A DNA stretch of 64,000 nucleotides from Gemmatales bacterium (GCA_041640595.1 JBEPZY010000004.1:64001-128000), one strand, 5' to 3'; shown: positions 47,844-58,321, numbered from the stretch's first letter. Notes: a model not told the origin generated them from the sequence alone. Numbers and translations are program-made.

Positions 47844-48986
47844 CTAGGCGGCCAGTCGCAATGCCTGCCGGTAGTACGCAGTACAGCTCTGGATGACGAT
47901 TTTCTGCTGGGGATAGGTCAATTCCGGATACATGGGCAGGGCAAGCACTTCCTGGGAAAGCTGTTCGCTGACGGGGAAGTCGCCGCGACGGTAACCGAAT
48001 TCGCGAAAGCACGGCTGCAGGTGCAACGGGAGAGGATAGTAGATTTCGGTGCCAATGCCGTGTTGCGACAGGTGCCGCATCAGGGCGTCGCGATGACCGT
48101 TGGTGATGCGCACGACGAATTGGTTGAAGCTGTGCTTGCCGTAAGGCCGCTGTACAAGCGGTCTCATTTCCGTTTGCAAATTTTCCTGCGCGAGCAGCTC
48201 CTGATACCGTTTGGCGATAGCCCGTCGAGCATCCACAAAGCGATCCACCCAGGGCAACTTCACCCGCAAAATGGCCGCTTGCAACGCATCGAGGCGACTG
48301 TTCCAGCCCAGTTCGGCGTGATAATACTTGGGTTCCATGCCGTGCACACGCAGCCGGGCCAAACGTTGGGCCCAGTGGGGATCGTTGGTGACCACCATGC
48401 CAGCGTCGCCGAAAGCTCCGAGGTTTTTCGTCGGATAGAAACTGAAGCAGGCCAGATGGCCCAGCGTACCCGCTTTTTTACCCTGGTATTCCGCCCCGAA
48501 CGCCTGGGCGGCATCCTCGATGATATACAATCCGTAACGCTCTGCCAGTTTCCACAACGGTTCCATCTCCGCACACTGGCCGAACAGATGAACCGCGATG
48601 ACTGCCCGAGTGCGCGAGGTGATCCGTTCGGCGACATCCCGCGGATCCAGGTTAGCCGTATCCGCTTCGACATCGGCAAAGACAGGCGTTGCCCCCGCTC
48701 GCACTACCGAAGCTGCCGTTGCGAAAAAGGTAAATGCCGGCACAATCACTTCGTCCCCCGGGCCGATGTCCAACGCCTTCAGTGCCAGCAGCAGTGCATC
48801 GGTTCCTGAGGCGCAACCCACCGCATAGCCGACGCCAAGATACCGCGCAACTTCGTTTTCGAAGGCGGCTACCTCCGGGCCGAGAATCACCTGACCGGAT
48901 TGTAACACCCGCTGAATGGCCTCTTCGATTGCTTTCTGCAAACCGCGATACTGTAACCGCATGTCAAAAAGCGGTACCTGCATCAT
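47844..48986 (-). CDS. DegT/DnrJ/EryC1/StrS PLP-dependent sugar aminotransferase
   Basis: SGTDAL, IEDAAQA, SFYPTKNLGAFGDAG, NSRLD. Confidence 0.95.
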   Translation of the reverse strand: MMQVPLFDMRLQYRGLQKAIEEAIQRVLQSGQVILGPEVAAFENEVARYLGVGYAVGCASGTDALLLALKALDIGPGDEVIVPAFTFFATAASVVRAGATPVFADVEADTANLDPRDVAERITSRTRAVIAVHLFGQCAEMEPLWKLAERYGLYIIEDAAQAFGAEYQGKKAGTLGHLACFSFYPTKNLGAFGDAGMVVTNDPHWAQRLARLRVHGMEPKYYHAELGWNSRLDALQAAILRVKLPWVDRFVDARRAIAKRYQELLAQENLQTEMRPLVQRPYGKHSFNQFVVRITNGHRDALMRHLSQHGIGTEIYYPLPLHLQPCFREFGYRRGDFPVSEQLSQEVLALPMYPELTYPQQKIVIQSCTAYYRQALRLAA

Positions 48987-49208
48987 GGTTTGGCCCCTTC
49001 CCCGGCGAATGGATGAAAGTGAGCTCCTGTTGCCTGCTAGTCCCCGTTTGCAATTGTCCCCATCCCGAGAGCAAGCTGCACCATAACCGGTGCTGCAAGC
49101 TGTGTCAATCGGAACATGGGGCAGGTTACAAACCGTGCGTTGCGGCTCCCATGACTGCGCGCCAGATGGTCATGGTTGCCGTTTGTCATGCCGGAGGCGC
49201 AGCCCAGG

Positions 49209-49389
49209 GTTTTGTCGAGTTCGCATACTCATGACGAAAACTCGATTGCCTGCTGGACATCGCTTTCTTTCCCTCAAGTTTTGTCGAGTTCGCATACCAT
49301 GACTGAAATGGCCTGCGTTGCCCTCGCACTGCCAGAGTGCGGGGATGGATTTGTCCTCTGGCGTGCATACACTCTGGTCAGACGAAAAC
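49209..49389. repeat. Imperfect palindromic direct repeats with about 70-bp period
   Basis: GTTTTGTCGAGTTCGCATAC exact at 49209 and 49278; degenerate third unit 49348-49389 (TTTGTC...GCATAC...GACGAAAAC). Confidence 0.75.
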
Positions 49390-49429
49390 CGAATTGCGGC
49401 GTCGGTCAGGCATCGCAGGAGACACTACC

Positions 49430-51220
49430 ATGTACCAGCGGCCAAATGCATCAGGATCGCTCGCTGCGTCAGGTTCCGCAGGCGTCGAAGGCAGGGACCG
49501 GTTCGCATCCTCGAAGACTTTTGCAGCGTTTCCGAAACATCGGCTCTTTCTTGCGGTCGGGGTGGTGGTTGCGGGCTGGGTGATGATTGGGCTGGCGGAA
49601 AATGGAACGGGAGCCGCGCTTCCATCCGCCTCGCCGGAGACGATTTTCCGTTTCACCGACGTTACGGAAGAAGCTGGCCTGGCTGATGCACTGCGCGGAG
49701 CACTGAATCACGCTACTGCCTGGGGCGATTTCGACAACGATGGCCGACTGGATCTCTTCAGCGGCAATTTTGCCGACCGCCCCAATCAGCCGTTCGACGG
49801 AGCCAATCAGTTATTCCGTCAGGTGGCAGCGGGAAAGTTTGAGCGTGTAGCAGTATCGCCAGTGCAACGCCGGGGACGCGCCAGCGGTGCCGTATTTGCC
49901 GACCTGGACAATGATGGCTGGTTGGACCTGTACGTGGCCAATAACACTTTGCCTGGGCAACGGGCCAGCGCTCGCCCGGAATTGGCCGCCATCCTGACGG
50001 AGCCTTCTCGACTGTACCACAATCAACAGGGTCGCTTTGTGGACATTTCCGAAACCTGCGGCGCCTGTCCGAAAGACCTGTACCGCGCCCGCGACATTGG
50101 CGTGTTCGATTACGATGGCGACGGGTTACTCGATTTGTTCGTTTGCGAAGACCTGTTCTTGCGGCAGGACCAGCGGAAACCTCATTCGCGGCTTTTTCAC
50201 AACGAGGGGAAGATGAAGTTTCGAGACGTGACCGCTGAAGTTGGGTTGCCGGACGATATTGGTGGATTCGGGATTGCGGTGGCTGACCTGAATGAAGACG
50301 GCCGACCGGATTTCTTCGTCGCCGGGAGCAATCGCCTTTTCCTGAGCCAGCCGGGTAACCGTTACCGCGAGGCGGAATCCTTGCGGAGCGTTCTCGAACA
50401 CAAAATGAGCGATCGCGGTGAAGATGTAGCGGTCGGAGCGAGTTTCGGCGACATTAACGGCGACGGTCTGATGGATTTGATTGTCGGAGTCCACTTTGCG
50501 CCCTCGCGGGTGCATGTGTTCTTGAACCAGGGCTTGCGCGACGGTGTACCTCAGTTTCGAGAAATCACCGCGGAAATTGGCCTGACGGCGGTACCGAATA
50601 AAACTCCGCACACGGAAATTCAGGATTTTGACAACGATGGCCGGCCCGACCTGTACTGGTCGGCATGGTTTGCGGAGGGAGATCGCCGCTGGCCCTTCAT
50701 TTGCCGGAACGTTTCAGAACGAGGCGGCCTGCTTAAGTTCTTGATCCCCGACATGCGGTCGGTAAAAACGGAGGGGATTCGCAAGAACGTTCCTCCGACC
50801 ACGGGACTGGGCATGGTTTATTATGTGGATGGCCCGGCTGTGGATTACAATGGCGATGGGAAACTGGATTTGTTCGTGGGTATGTGGCCTCCGGAAGGTT
50901 CGCGGCTATACCGCAACGATACGCCGACGGGTAACTGGTTGCAGGTGCGCGTAGTGGGACGGCGGATGAACCGCATGGGCATCGGGGCGCAGGTGCGGAT
51001 TTACGAGCCCGGACAGGCAGGGAAAGAAACGGCGTTGCTCGGCCATCAGGAAATCACAGTCAACGGCGGCTACAGTTCGGGTCGGCCAGCGGTGGTGCAC
51101 TTCGGCTTAGGGCCGCGCCGCTCCGTAGATGTGCTGGTACGCCTGCCTCATCGCACTCAACCGGTGCTCCTGTCAAACGTGCAGGCGAGTCAACTCCTGA
51201 CTGTGGAGGAAATGCCGTAA
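49430..51220 (+). CDS. CRTAC1-family protein (FG-GAP/VCBS repeats plus ASPIC/UnbV domain)
   Basis: Repeated D(F/L/Y)DNDGxxDL motifs; C-terminal GNWLQVR...GIGAQV...GYSS...VHFGLG; AGGAG RBS before ATG 49430. Confidence 0.88.
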   Translation: MYQRPNASGSLAASGSAGVEGRDRFASSKTFAAFPKHRLFLAVGVVVAGWVMIGLAENGTGAALPSASPETIFRFTDVTEEAGLADALRGALNHATAWGDFDNDGRLDLFSGNFADRPNQPFDGANQLFRQVAAGKFERVAVSPVQRRGRASGAVFADLDNDGWLDLYVANNTLPGQRASARPELAAILTEPSRLYHNQQGRFVDISETCGACPKDLYRARDIGVFDYDGDGLLDLFVCEDLFLRQDQRKPHSRLFHNEGKMKFRDVTAEVGLPDDIGGFGIAVADLNEDGRPDFFVAGSNRLFLSQPGNRYREAESLRSVLEHKMSDRGEDVAVGASFGDINGDGLMDLIVGVHFAPSRVHVFLNQGLRDGVPQFREITAEIGLTAVPNKTPHTEIQDFDNDGRPDLYWSAWFAEGDRRWPFICRNVSERGGLLKFLIPDMRSVKTEGIRKNVPPTTGLGMVYYVDGPAVDYNGDGKLDLFVGMWPPEGSRLYRNDTPTGNWLQVRVVGRRMNRMGIGAQVRIYEPGQAGKETALLGHQEITVNGGYSSGRPAVVHFGLGPRRSVDVLVRLPHRTQPVLLSNVQASQLLTVEEMP

Positions 51221-51333
51221 GGTCAGCGCTTCTTGACGGCGAGCATTCCGTTCGTAAGCATGTATTATCTCAGCCAAGCCCGCCCAATACCTGGTCGCTG
51301 CCTCTTGCCTGCGTCCTTGTTAGGGACTAACCC

Positions 51334-52008
51334 ATGAGCCACGGTCAGCCCTTGAATTTACACTCGCCTTCTTCGCAGCTAACCAGCTCGCCGGAAATGC
51401 AGGAAAGCCGGCGGCGTTTTCTGCGCTGGCTGGTGCACGGTGTGAACACGCTGGTGGGTGTGGTGCTGGGTTTTCCGGTCGTCTGTTACCTTCTCGGTGG
51501 CCGACAACGCTCGGGCGACTCGCAAGGCTATCGTCGGGTGGCCCGCCTGAGCGATATTCTGCGAGGCGGACAAATTTCGCGGAGCACCGGTAAACGCATC
51601 TACGAAGTAGCAGTGCGGGACACTCGCCGCGATGCCTGGATGATTTATCCCAATGAGATCCTGGGTCGGGTGTGGCTGGTTTACGATCCGAAGGCGGCAC
51701 TACCCGCGGACGATCAACAAGCCTTTGAACCCGGCGAGGCTTTGAAAGCCTTTACTTCCATCTGCCCGCATCTGGGCTGTTCGATCAGCTATCATGCCGA
51801 GAGCGACCGGTTTCTCTGCCCGTGCCACACGGGAACTTTCGATGTTACCGGTCAACGGGTGAGCGGACCACCACCGCGACCGATGGACTGGCTGGAGGTG
51901 CGACTGGTGCGCGACCCAGAGAGTCCCAGGCACAACCCTGATTATTTTGTGGAAGTCAGGTACCAAACCTTCTGGCCGGAAAAGGCCGAGCGCATTCCCA
52001 AAACGTAA
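51334..52008 (+). CDS. Rieske iron-sulfur subunit of a Rieske/cytochrome b complex
   Basis: Tat motif SRRRFL plus TM; CPHLGC and CPCH boxes; GPPPRP. Confidence 0.93.
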   Translation: MSHGQPLNLHSPSSQLTSSPEMQESRRRFLRWLVHGVNTLVGVVLGFPVVCYLLGGRQRSGDSQGYRRVARLSDILRGGQISRSTGKRIYEVAVRDTRRDAWMIYPNEILGRVWLVYDPKAALPADDQQAFEPGEALKAFTSICPHLGCSISYHAESDRFLCPCHTGTFDVTGQRVSGPPPRPMDWLEVRLVRDPESPRHNPDYFVEVRYQTFWPEKAERIPKT

Positions 52009-54123
52009 GTGGCAAACCAGAAAGCGAACGAGGCAATCGTGTGGCGGCGCTTTTGTGATTGGCTGGACGACCGCACCGGATGGCTCAGCCTGTGGCGGGC
52101 TTTTCTGCTTCACGAAATTCCAGGCGGAGCGAAATGGCGCTACGTCTGGGGCAGATGCCTGCTGGTTGCCTTCCTGCTGCAAGTGCTCACCGGCGTATTG
52201 CTCATGGCCGGATACAGTCCCAGCCTTACGGGCGCCTGGGGAAGCGTTTACTATATCCAGTACGAGACTGATTTCGGCTGGCTGATTCGCGGGTTGCATC
52301 ATTTTGGCTCGCAGATGCTGATTGTGCTCCTGGTGAGCCACCTGGTTGTGGTTGTCTGGCTGGGAGCCCATCTACCGCCGCGAGAATTCACCTGGTGGCT
52401 GGGACTGTTGGCTCTGGGGATCGTCATGGTCATGGAAATGACCGGCTGGTTGTTGCCCATGGATCAAAAAGGTTACTGGGCAACACGGGTCGGTACCAAC
52501 ATCATGGGTACCGTGCCGATAATCGGGCCGTGGTTGCAAACGTTCCTGGTCGGAGGCAGCGAATACGGCCAGCGAACTCTCACCCGTTTTTTCACCCTGC
52601 ATGTAGCGGTGTTGCCGGGATTGCTGATGCTGGTCATCCTCCTGCATCTGGTTCTGGTTCAGCGACACGGGCCGACTTACCACAGAGTTTCACCGGAAAC
52701 TACTCGCTTCTGGCCACATCAGGCTGCCCGTGATGCGCTGGCGTTTGTGGTTATTTTCGGCGTGCTGGTCTGGCTCAGCTATCAACGCCACGCGGCACCT
52801 CTGAAAGACGCACCACCACGCGAATCGCTGAGCTGGTACGAAAACCTCGCCCGGGCGGGCCAGTATGGCCACGGTCCTCCGCTCATGGCACCGGTGGATC
52901 CCCAGCGCGAGTACAACATTGCCCGGCCCGAATGGTATTACCTGTTTTTGTTCCAGGCTTTGAAGTATCTGGAAGGCCCCTACGCGGTGTTCGGAACGGT
53001 GGGCATTCCGGTAGGGACAGGTATTTTGCTCTTTGTCTTGCCTTTGCTGGGACGCGGGCGCTATCGCCGATGGGGACACATTGCGGGAGTGGTCATCGTC
53101 ATGGTGTTGCTCGCGGCTGCCACGACGCTGATCGGTTTAGCCCTCTGGGCGGACTACGGACCAACGGAATCCGCCAAACGATTCCACGAAGAATTGAGCA
53201 AGGAAAAAGAACGTGCTGAGCGCGCGGTGGCGTTAGCCCATCGCGGTATTCCGCCGCAGGGTGCTGTGGAACTGCTCCGCCGCGATCCACGCCTGCGTGG
53301 GCGTGAATTATTCCAGTTGCATTGCGGCAGCTGTCATCCCTATGGCAAAGACATTCGGCCTGATAAACCGACCGCCCTGGATTTGCAGGATTTCGCCACT
53401 GCCGATTGGCTTATCCGACTTTTCGATCAGTTGCGCGACGAGAAAAGTCTGGAAGCCCAGGTACTGCCGCAAATGGCCAGTTACGTTCGCCGCGAACTCG
53501 AACGAGCTCAGCGTGCCGACGCCAAAGCCAAGGCCTCCGGTGAACTTCCTACCGCAGAACAGGAATTGCAAGAGGATTGGCGGCGCATCGCCGAATGGCT
53601 GGCCAGTCACCCACGCCGAACGGTACCTTCAGACGAACCCGAGCTTCACGAGTTGGAACAGAAGGAGCCGACTTTTGTGCAGGGCTACCGGGCTTTTGAA
53701 AAACGGTGCATGAGGTGCCACACGTATAACGGTACCGGCGGCGGGGATGTTAACGGCCCTGATCTGACAGGTTATGGTGACGCCGATTGGTTGCGGGGTT
53801 TGCTGCACGCTCCTTTTGATCGCCAGTATTACGGTCCGGCCATGGTACGCTGGTCGCGCGTTCCCAAGGAACGCATCTGGATGCCGGCTTTCCGCGATAA
53901 CGAAGGGATTCACGCGGGCTTATGGCAACGCGACTGGCAACGCACACTGGAAGAGCTCGAACGTTTGATTCCCGAAGATTCGCCGGATCGGGATAAACGA
54001 ATCGCGGTCTTGCGGGATGCGTGTCGGGTAATGCAGTTGAACGACGTCGAAAGAGAATTGATCATCCGCTTTATACTGAGAGACGATCGGCCCGTATTTG
54101 GCGGAGAACCGATCAGCCCTTGA
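52009..54123 (+). CDS. Cytochrome b (b6-like plus subunit IV) fused to dihaem cytochrome c
   Basis: Haem b His pairs (RGLHH...SHL; TLH...LLHL), GYWA, PEWY; two CxxCH motifs (CGSCH, CMRCH). Confidence 0.92.
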   Translation: MANQKANEAIVWRRFCDWLDDRTGWLSLWRAFLLHEIPGGAKWRYVWGRCLLVAFLLQVLTGVLLMAGYSPSLTGAWGSVYYIQYETDFGWLIRGLHHFGSQMLIVLLVSHLVVVVWLGAHLPPREFTWWLGLLALGIVMVMEMTGWLLPMDQKGYWATRVGTNIMGTVPIIGPWLQTFLVGGSEYGQRTLTRFFTLHVAVLPGLLMLVILLHLVLVQRHGPTYHRVSPETTRFWPHQAARDALAFVVIFGVLVWLSYQRHAAPLKDAPPRESLSWYENLARAGQYGHGPPLMAPVDPQREYNIARPEWYYLFLFQALKYLEGPYAVFGTVGIPVGTGILLFVLPLLGRGRYRRWGHIAGVVIVMVLLAAATTLIGLALWADYGPTESAKRFHEELSKEKERAERAVALAHRGIPPQGAVELLRRDPRLRGRELFQLHCGSCHPYGKDIRPDKPTALDLQDFATADWLIRLFDQLRDEKSLEAQVLPQMASYVRRELERAQRADAKAKASGELPTAEQELQEDWRRIAEWLASHPRRTVPSDEPELHELEQKEPTFVQGYRAFEKRCMRCHTYNGTGGGDVNGPDLTGYGDADWLRGLLHAPFDRQYYGPAMVRWSRVPKERIWMPAFRDNEGIHAGLWQRDWQRTLEELERLIPEDSPDRDKRIAVLRDACRVMQLNDVERELIIRFILRDDRPVFGGEPISP

Positions 54124-54159
54124 CGCGATGTCAAAGCCGGTAGAGGCGACACTTCCTCT

Positions 54160-54351
54160 TTATTGCGGCTCGGAAGTGTTAACGGGCCAGGTTTTCAGGT
54201 ACTGGTCAAACGAACTTCCGGCGAAAATACCGCGAAGCACCTCCTGGGCACGGGAGATGTTCGGGTCATCTGGTCTGGTAACCAGAACCAGCCCCACCAG
54301 CAAAGTCATCAGCACTCCCAGGGTGACTCCCAACCTGGCGTCGTTCGGCAT
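54160..54351 (-). CDS. Small single-pass membrane protein
   Basis: MPNDARLGVTLGVLMTLLVGLVLVTR hydrophobic N-terminus, co-oriented with the upstream operon. Confidence 0.65.
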   Translation of the reverse strand: MPNDARLGVTLGVLMTLLVGLVLVTRPDDPNISRAQEVLRGIFAGSSFDQYLKTWPVNTSEPQ

Positions 54352-54453
54352 CAGGGTAGCCTTTCAGTCCAGAAAAAGATTGCAGACCGATCCTTGCGTT
54401 TGCTAGGAGAATCTGGCAAAATCAGCACAGATGGTAATCGCCTTGCTGACCGC

Positions 54454-56286
54454 TCAACTGGCAGTGCTGGCCACCAGCGGCAGGGCGACGGATGCCAGAT
54501 GGCCATTCGATTCCGGCTGATCAGCATTCTCACCGGCATCGGATGCAGGCTCAGCCAGCACGTTGTCCACCAGGTAGTATAGCAGCTCGCGCAGGGAGTC
54601 AGGCTGAATCTCATCCGCGACCGCTTCCGCACGGGCACGATGTTTGTCCACGAGTTGCCTGGCACGAGCGAAAACACCGGCCCGTTCAAACAATCTCCGC
54701 ACCGTGGCCAGACGGTCCACGCTGTCCCGTTGTTCTTTGAGCAATCTGAGCAAGCGTAGCCGCTCTTCGCCGGTGAGCGTTTCCAGCGCCAGCGCCAGAA
54801 GCACGGTAGGCCGAGCACTCAGTATATCCTGCCCGGCGAGCAGTTTGTTATCTCCATCGCCTTGCCAATCCTGCAAATCGTTGAGAATCTGAAAAGCTAC
54901 ACCGAGATGCCGACAAAACTCGGCGACGGGTTTTTCGTAATGTTCGACAGGCCCAGCCAGACGCAGACCGGCATACAGGGCTGCCTCGAACGCTGGGGCG
55001 GTTTTCAAGGCATAAATCTTCAGAGCATCCAGCGGCGTCAGGGTTTTATCTCTGGCATCTCGCCAAGCCAGTTCTGCACCCTGGCCTTCCGATAATTTCA
55101 TGTGGGCTTCTGCCAGCTTGTGCAAAATATCACTGCAAGCAGCCGGTTCCACTTCGTTTCGTGCCCGAGCGGCTAACCGGTAGCCTAGGCCGATCAAATA
55201 ATCGCCGACGTTGATTGCCGTGGCTACTCCGTATTGCCGGTGCAATGTCTCCTGGCCGTAACGATAGCAGTCGTCGTCCTCAATGTCATCGTGCACCAGG
55301 GATGCCTTATGGAAAACTTCGATGGCCAGAGCAATCCGCTTGACAGCTGGCGGCAGGTAAGAGGTGTCATTCTCCGACACCGCGCGGCCGCCCTGGAGCG
55401 CATCGTAAGCTGCCAGGGTGATGAATGGGCGGAAGCGTTTGCCTCCCTGACGCAGCCAGTCATAAGCAATCGTCTCGGTCAGCCCCAGGGGATCGCCGGA
55501 CGATTGCCCCGCGCCGGTGCGAATTCGCGGTGCCAGCATTTCCAGTTCACCGTTGAACAATTCGTTAGCCGCTCGCAATAACGGCAGATAACTGCGGGTT
55601 CTGGTAGCCGGCGGGGCAGTGTGCAGCGCAATGACTTCCTGCACCCAGTGCACATCTACCGAGGTATTTTTGCAATTGGAAGACAAAAGCGGTACGGCCA
55701 GCGCGGGCACCTGTACCTGCAGCACTTTATCCAGCGCTTTTTCCAGCACATTCAGACAGGCGACGCCAACAATCCCGTCCACATGGCCGCTCAAGATGAT
55801 TTTGAGCACAATCGGAGTCCCTTCGGCAACCAGGACCTTGTAACCCAGTTCTTCGGCACGGGTTTTGAAATCGGCAATCGTGCATGCCCCGCATTTACGG
55901 CAATCCAGACCGAATTCATCGTAATCTGCCGGGCAACCTTCTGCATGTTTCAAACAATGCGGCAGCAGCAGCAATCGTTTGGAAAAATCCACTGCCATCA
56001 GTTGCTCTCGCCAGAACTCGTTGGAAAGACAAACCGCGGTAAAACCCAGATACTGCTCCCCCAAGCCCATGCGCTGCAACAAATCCTGCGACCATTGCTG
56101 TAACTGTGTCCGTGTCAGCGCTTTGCTGCGATCTACGTTTGCCAGATATTCTTTAGCAGCGGACTTGATGCGCTCGCGCAGGGCCAGGGTTTCCGGAATA
56201 ACCTTCCAGCCAGCCGTGCTGACCGGCGGACTTTTTACAGTTGCGGCAGGCGAAGCGGCCAGCGCAGATGCGGTTAGCGTATCCAC
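54454..56286 (-). CDS. DUF116-like Cys-rich domain fused to trans-isoprenyl diphosphate synthase
   Basis: N-domain LLLLPHCL...C...CRKCGAC...GVAC; C-domain GGKRFRP, HDDIEDDD (first Asp-rich motif), GQGAEL, KT, FQILNDLQD; GTG start at 56286 inferred from AAGGA RBS. Confidence 0.87.
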   Translation of the reverse strand: MDTLTASALAASPAATVKSPPVSTAGWKVIPETLALRERIKSAAKEYLANVDRSKALTRTQLQQWSQDLLQRMGLGEQYLGFTAVCLSNEFWREQLMAVDFSKRLLLLPHCLKHAEGCPADYDEFGLDCRKCGACTIADFKTRAEELGYKVLVAEGTPIVLKIILSGHVDGIVGVACLNVLEKALDKVLQVQVPALAVPLLSSNCKNTSVDVHWVQEVIALHTAPPATRTRSYLPLLRAANELFNGELEMLAPRIRTGAGQSSGDPLGLTETIAYDWLRQGGKRFRPFITLAAYDALQGGRAVSENDTSYLPPAVKRIALAIEVFHKASLVHDDIEDDDCYRYGQETLHRQYGVATAINVGDYLIGLGYRLAARARNEVEPAACSDILHKLAEAHMKLSEGQGAELAWRDARDKTLTPLDALKIYALKTAPAFEAALYAGLRLAGPVEHYEKPVAEFCRHLGVAFQILNDLQDWQGDGDNKLLAGQDILSARPTVLLALALETLTGEERLRLLRLLKEQRDSVDRLATVRRLFERAGVFARARQLVDKHRARAEAVADEIQPDSLRELLYYLVDNVLAEPASDAGENADQPESNGHLASVALPLVASTAS

Positions 56287-56449
56287 GGGGCAGGTTCCTT
56301 TCAGGCTGGTCGGCGTCTGGGCAGGCGCACCGTCAGCACATGGGCCTATCGGCTGCCATGAGCGATGGTGCCGGTGCAGCGCCGAATTTCTTTGCAATTC
56401 GGTTGTCCGGCCTGATGTGGCACTGTTTGGCTATTCGCGACACTAGCAA

Positions 56450-58321
56450 CTACTGATATGAAAAAGGCAGGTGCAAGGCACGCCTCAGGGCCTGAGTGGC
56501 AAAAATGGTCGGATAGAGTCGCTCGTAGTACCAGAGTCGGGCGAAGTATAAGCCGATGGGCGCTGGAGTGAGCTGGTCTGTTTCCACACATTCCACGAGC
56601 CAGACCAGACCGCGGTGAATGCTGGCGGAAACGAGCCATTCGCCCTGCTTTTTGGGGACTGCCAGCAGCCAGGCGAGCAAGGCATCGGTAGCCAGTGCCG
56701 TCTCTTCGACAGTTCCTGGCAAGCCGCGATCACCGCCCCAGCTGCCATCGCGATTCTGTGCTGCAAGCAACCATTGCACAGCTCGCCGTGCCGGTTCGCT
56801 GTCCGCCAGACGCCAGGCCAGCAAGCCATGCAAGACCCTGGCCGTGCCATACGTGAGGTTCGCTTCTTCGGGAGCCAGCTCATTGCCAAACCAGAGCGGT
56901 TGCCAGGCCCCATTCGCCTGCTGTTGCGCCAGCAGGAAACGCAAGCCTTTGTGCGCCGCTGCGACCATGCGGGCGATCACCTGACTTGCCAGCACCCGAA
57001 CGCTGGCATCCGCGGCTAACCGCCAGCGCCGTACTCGCGGTGCCCAGCTCGCCAGTGCGCGCAGAGCATGTGCTGTCAAATCGCTGGCACTCCGGTCAAA
57101 CGGTAATCGGCCCCATCCCCGACAGAAAGTCGGCCAGCCACCATCGCGATTTTGCAGGTCGAGGAGCCATTTCAAACCCAGTAGCACCGTTTCCGCGTGA
57201 GCGTCAGCGAGAGTCTCGGGCAACAGTTCTGCCAGTGCCAGCAATGCTCCGGAGGTATCGTCGGCATCGGGCACACTTCCGCTCAAGTGCGACCAGCCCC
57301 ACCCGCCAGGTTCCGCTCCTGTGTAAGGATGCCTGCGCCGCACCTGTTGCTGCAACAGCCATTGTCGCGTAGCCTCTGGATCGGCCAGATTGTCCGCACC
57401 CAGAGCGACAACACTCAGAGTGGTGAGCCAGACCGAGAGATTGGAATCAATGGGCCAGCTACCGTCCCTGCGAACACTGTTCAGGAGAAACGCGATGCCG
57501 TTTCGACAAACCGGATGCTGTGCATGACCGCAACTTGCCAGAGCCATGACCACGAACGCGGTCAGGGGCACCGCTTCGAGGAAGCCGCCACTGGTCGGTT
57601 GCAATCGCCGTAATCGGTTCAGCGTCGGCTCAACGGCCCACTTTCTCCAGAGCTGACCCCGGCGGTGATACATGACCGCCTGGCCTATAGCAATCAGTGC
57701 CGGCAACGCATAGCTGACCACCGGTAAACGCGCGAATCGGTACCAGGACTGCGGCAAGACCGCCAGCTCAAAGGGTAAATGCGGTACTTGCTCCCACGGT
57801 ATCAAACCCGCCAGCGCTGCGTTCATCAGGATTGGCACGGAGAAGGTTCGGTCTGAACCGTATCTGCGTCGCACCGCTTCAGCATGAGCCAGGGCTCCGG
57901 GGCCGCAGATACGGTCGAGATACGCAGTGGCTGCTTTATCCGCCGCGATCGACGCCATCCCGGAATCGGCACCTAACCACGGTTGGGCCAGCTGCAACGC
58001 CGCCCGAACCAGCATCGTCGTCGAAATATTGCCGCGACTGCACGGGGTATCACCCCAGCTTCCATCGTCTCGCTGAGTGTCAAGTAACCAGCGAACTCCG
58101 TGGTCAACGCGCTGCCGCAATACTGCCGCGGCAGCATGGCTTTTCTGTCCCCAGATGCTGAGAGCCGATACTGCCGTGGCTGTGCTCAGTGCCGAACTCG
58201 CCAACTCGCCAACCCAGTATCCTTCTGGTAGCTGCTCATCCACAAGACGCCGCACCAGTCGTCGGTAAGCCTGCAGCAGACGCTCGCGGTCCAGCTTTGG
58301 CGTCAATGCGGTTACCCTCAC
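56450..58321 (-). CDS. Squalene-hopene cyclase-like class II terpene cyclase
   Basis: QW repeats ([28 protein letters not shown]), DxDD motif PDADDT; GTG start overlaps the purF stop (GTGA). Confidence 0.88.
   Translation of the reverse strand: MRVTALTPKLDRERLLQAYRRLVRRLVDEQLPEGYWVGELASSALSTATAVSALSIWGQKSHAAAAVLRQRVDHGVRWLLDTQRDDGSWGDTPCSRGNISTTMLVRAALQLAQPWLGADSGMASIAADKAATAYLDRICGPGALAHAEAVRRRYGSDRTFSVPILMNAALAGLIPWEQVPHLPFELAVLPQSWYRFARLPVVSYALPALIAIGQAVMYHRRGQLWRKWAVEPTLNRLRRLQPTSGGFLEAVPLTAFVVMALASCGHAQHPVCRNGIAFLLNSVRRDGSWPIDSNLSVWLTTLSVVALGADNLADPEATRQWLLQQQVRRRHPYTGAEPGGWGWSHLSGSVPDADDTSGALLALAELLPETLADAHAETVLLGLKWLLDLQNRDGGWPTFCRGWGRLPFDRSASDLTAHALRALASWAPRVRRWRLAADASVRVLASQVIARMVAAAHKGLRFLLAQQQANGAWQPLWFGNELAPEEANLTYGTARVLHGLLAWRLADSEPARRAVQWLLAAQNRDGSWGGDRGLPGTVEETALATDALLAWLLAVPKKQGEWLVSASIHRGLVWLVECVETDQLTPAPIGLYFARLWYYERLYPTIFATQALRRALHLPFSYQ

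Noticed and set aside
49209..49389. Calling the repeat cluster a true CRISPR array
   Set aside because: Only two close copies plus one degenerate copy, with no cas genes; kept as a repeat and an open finding.
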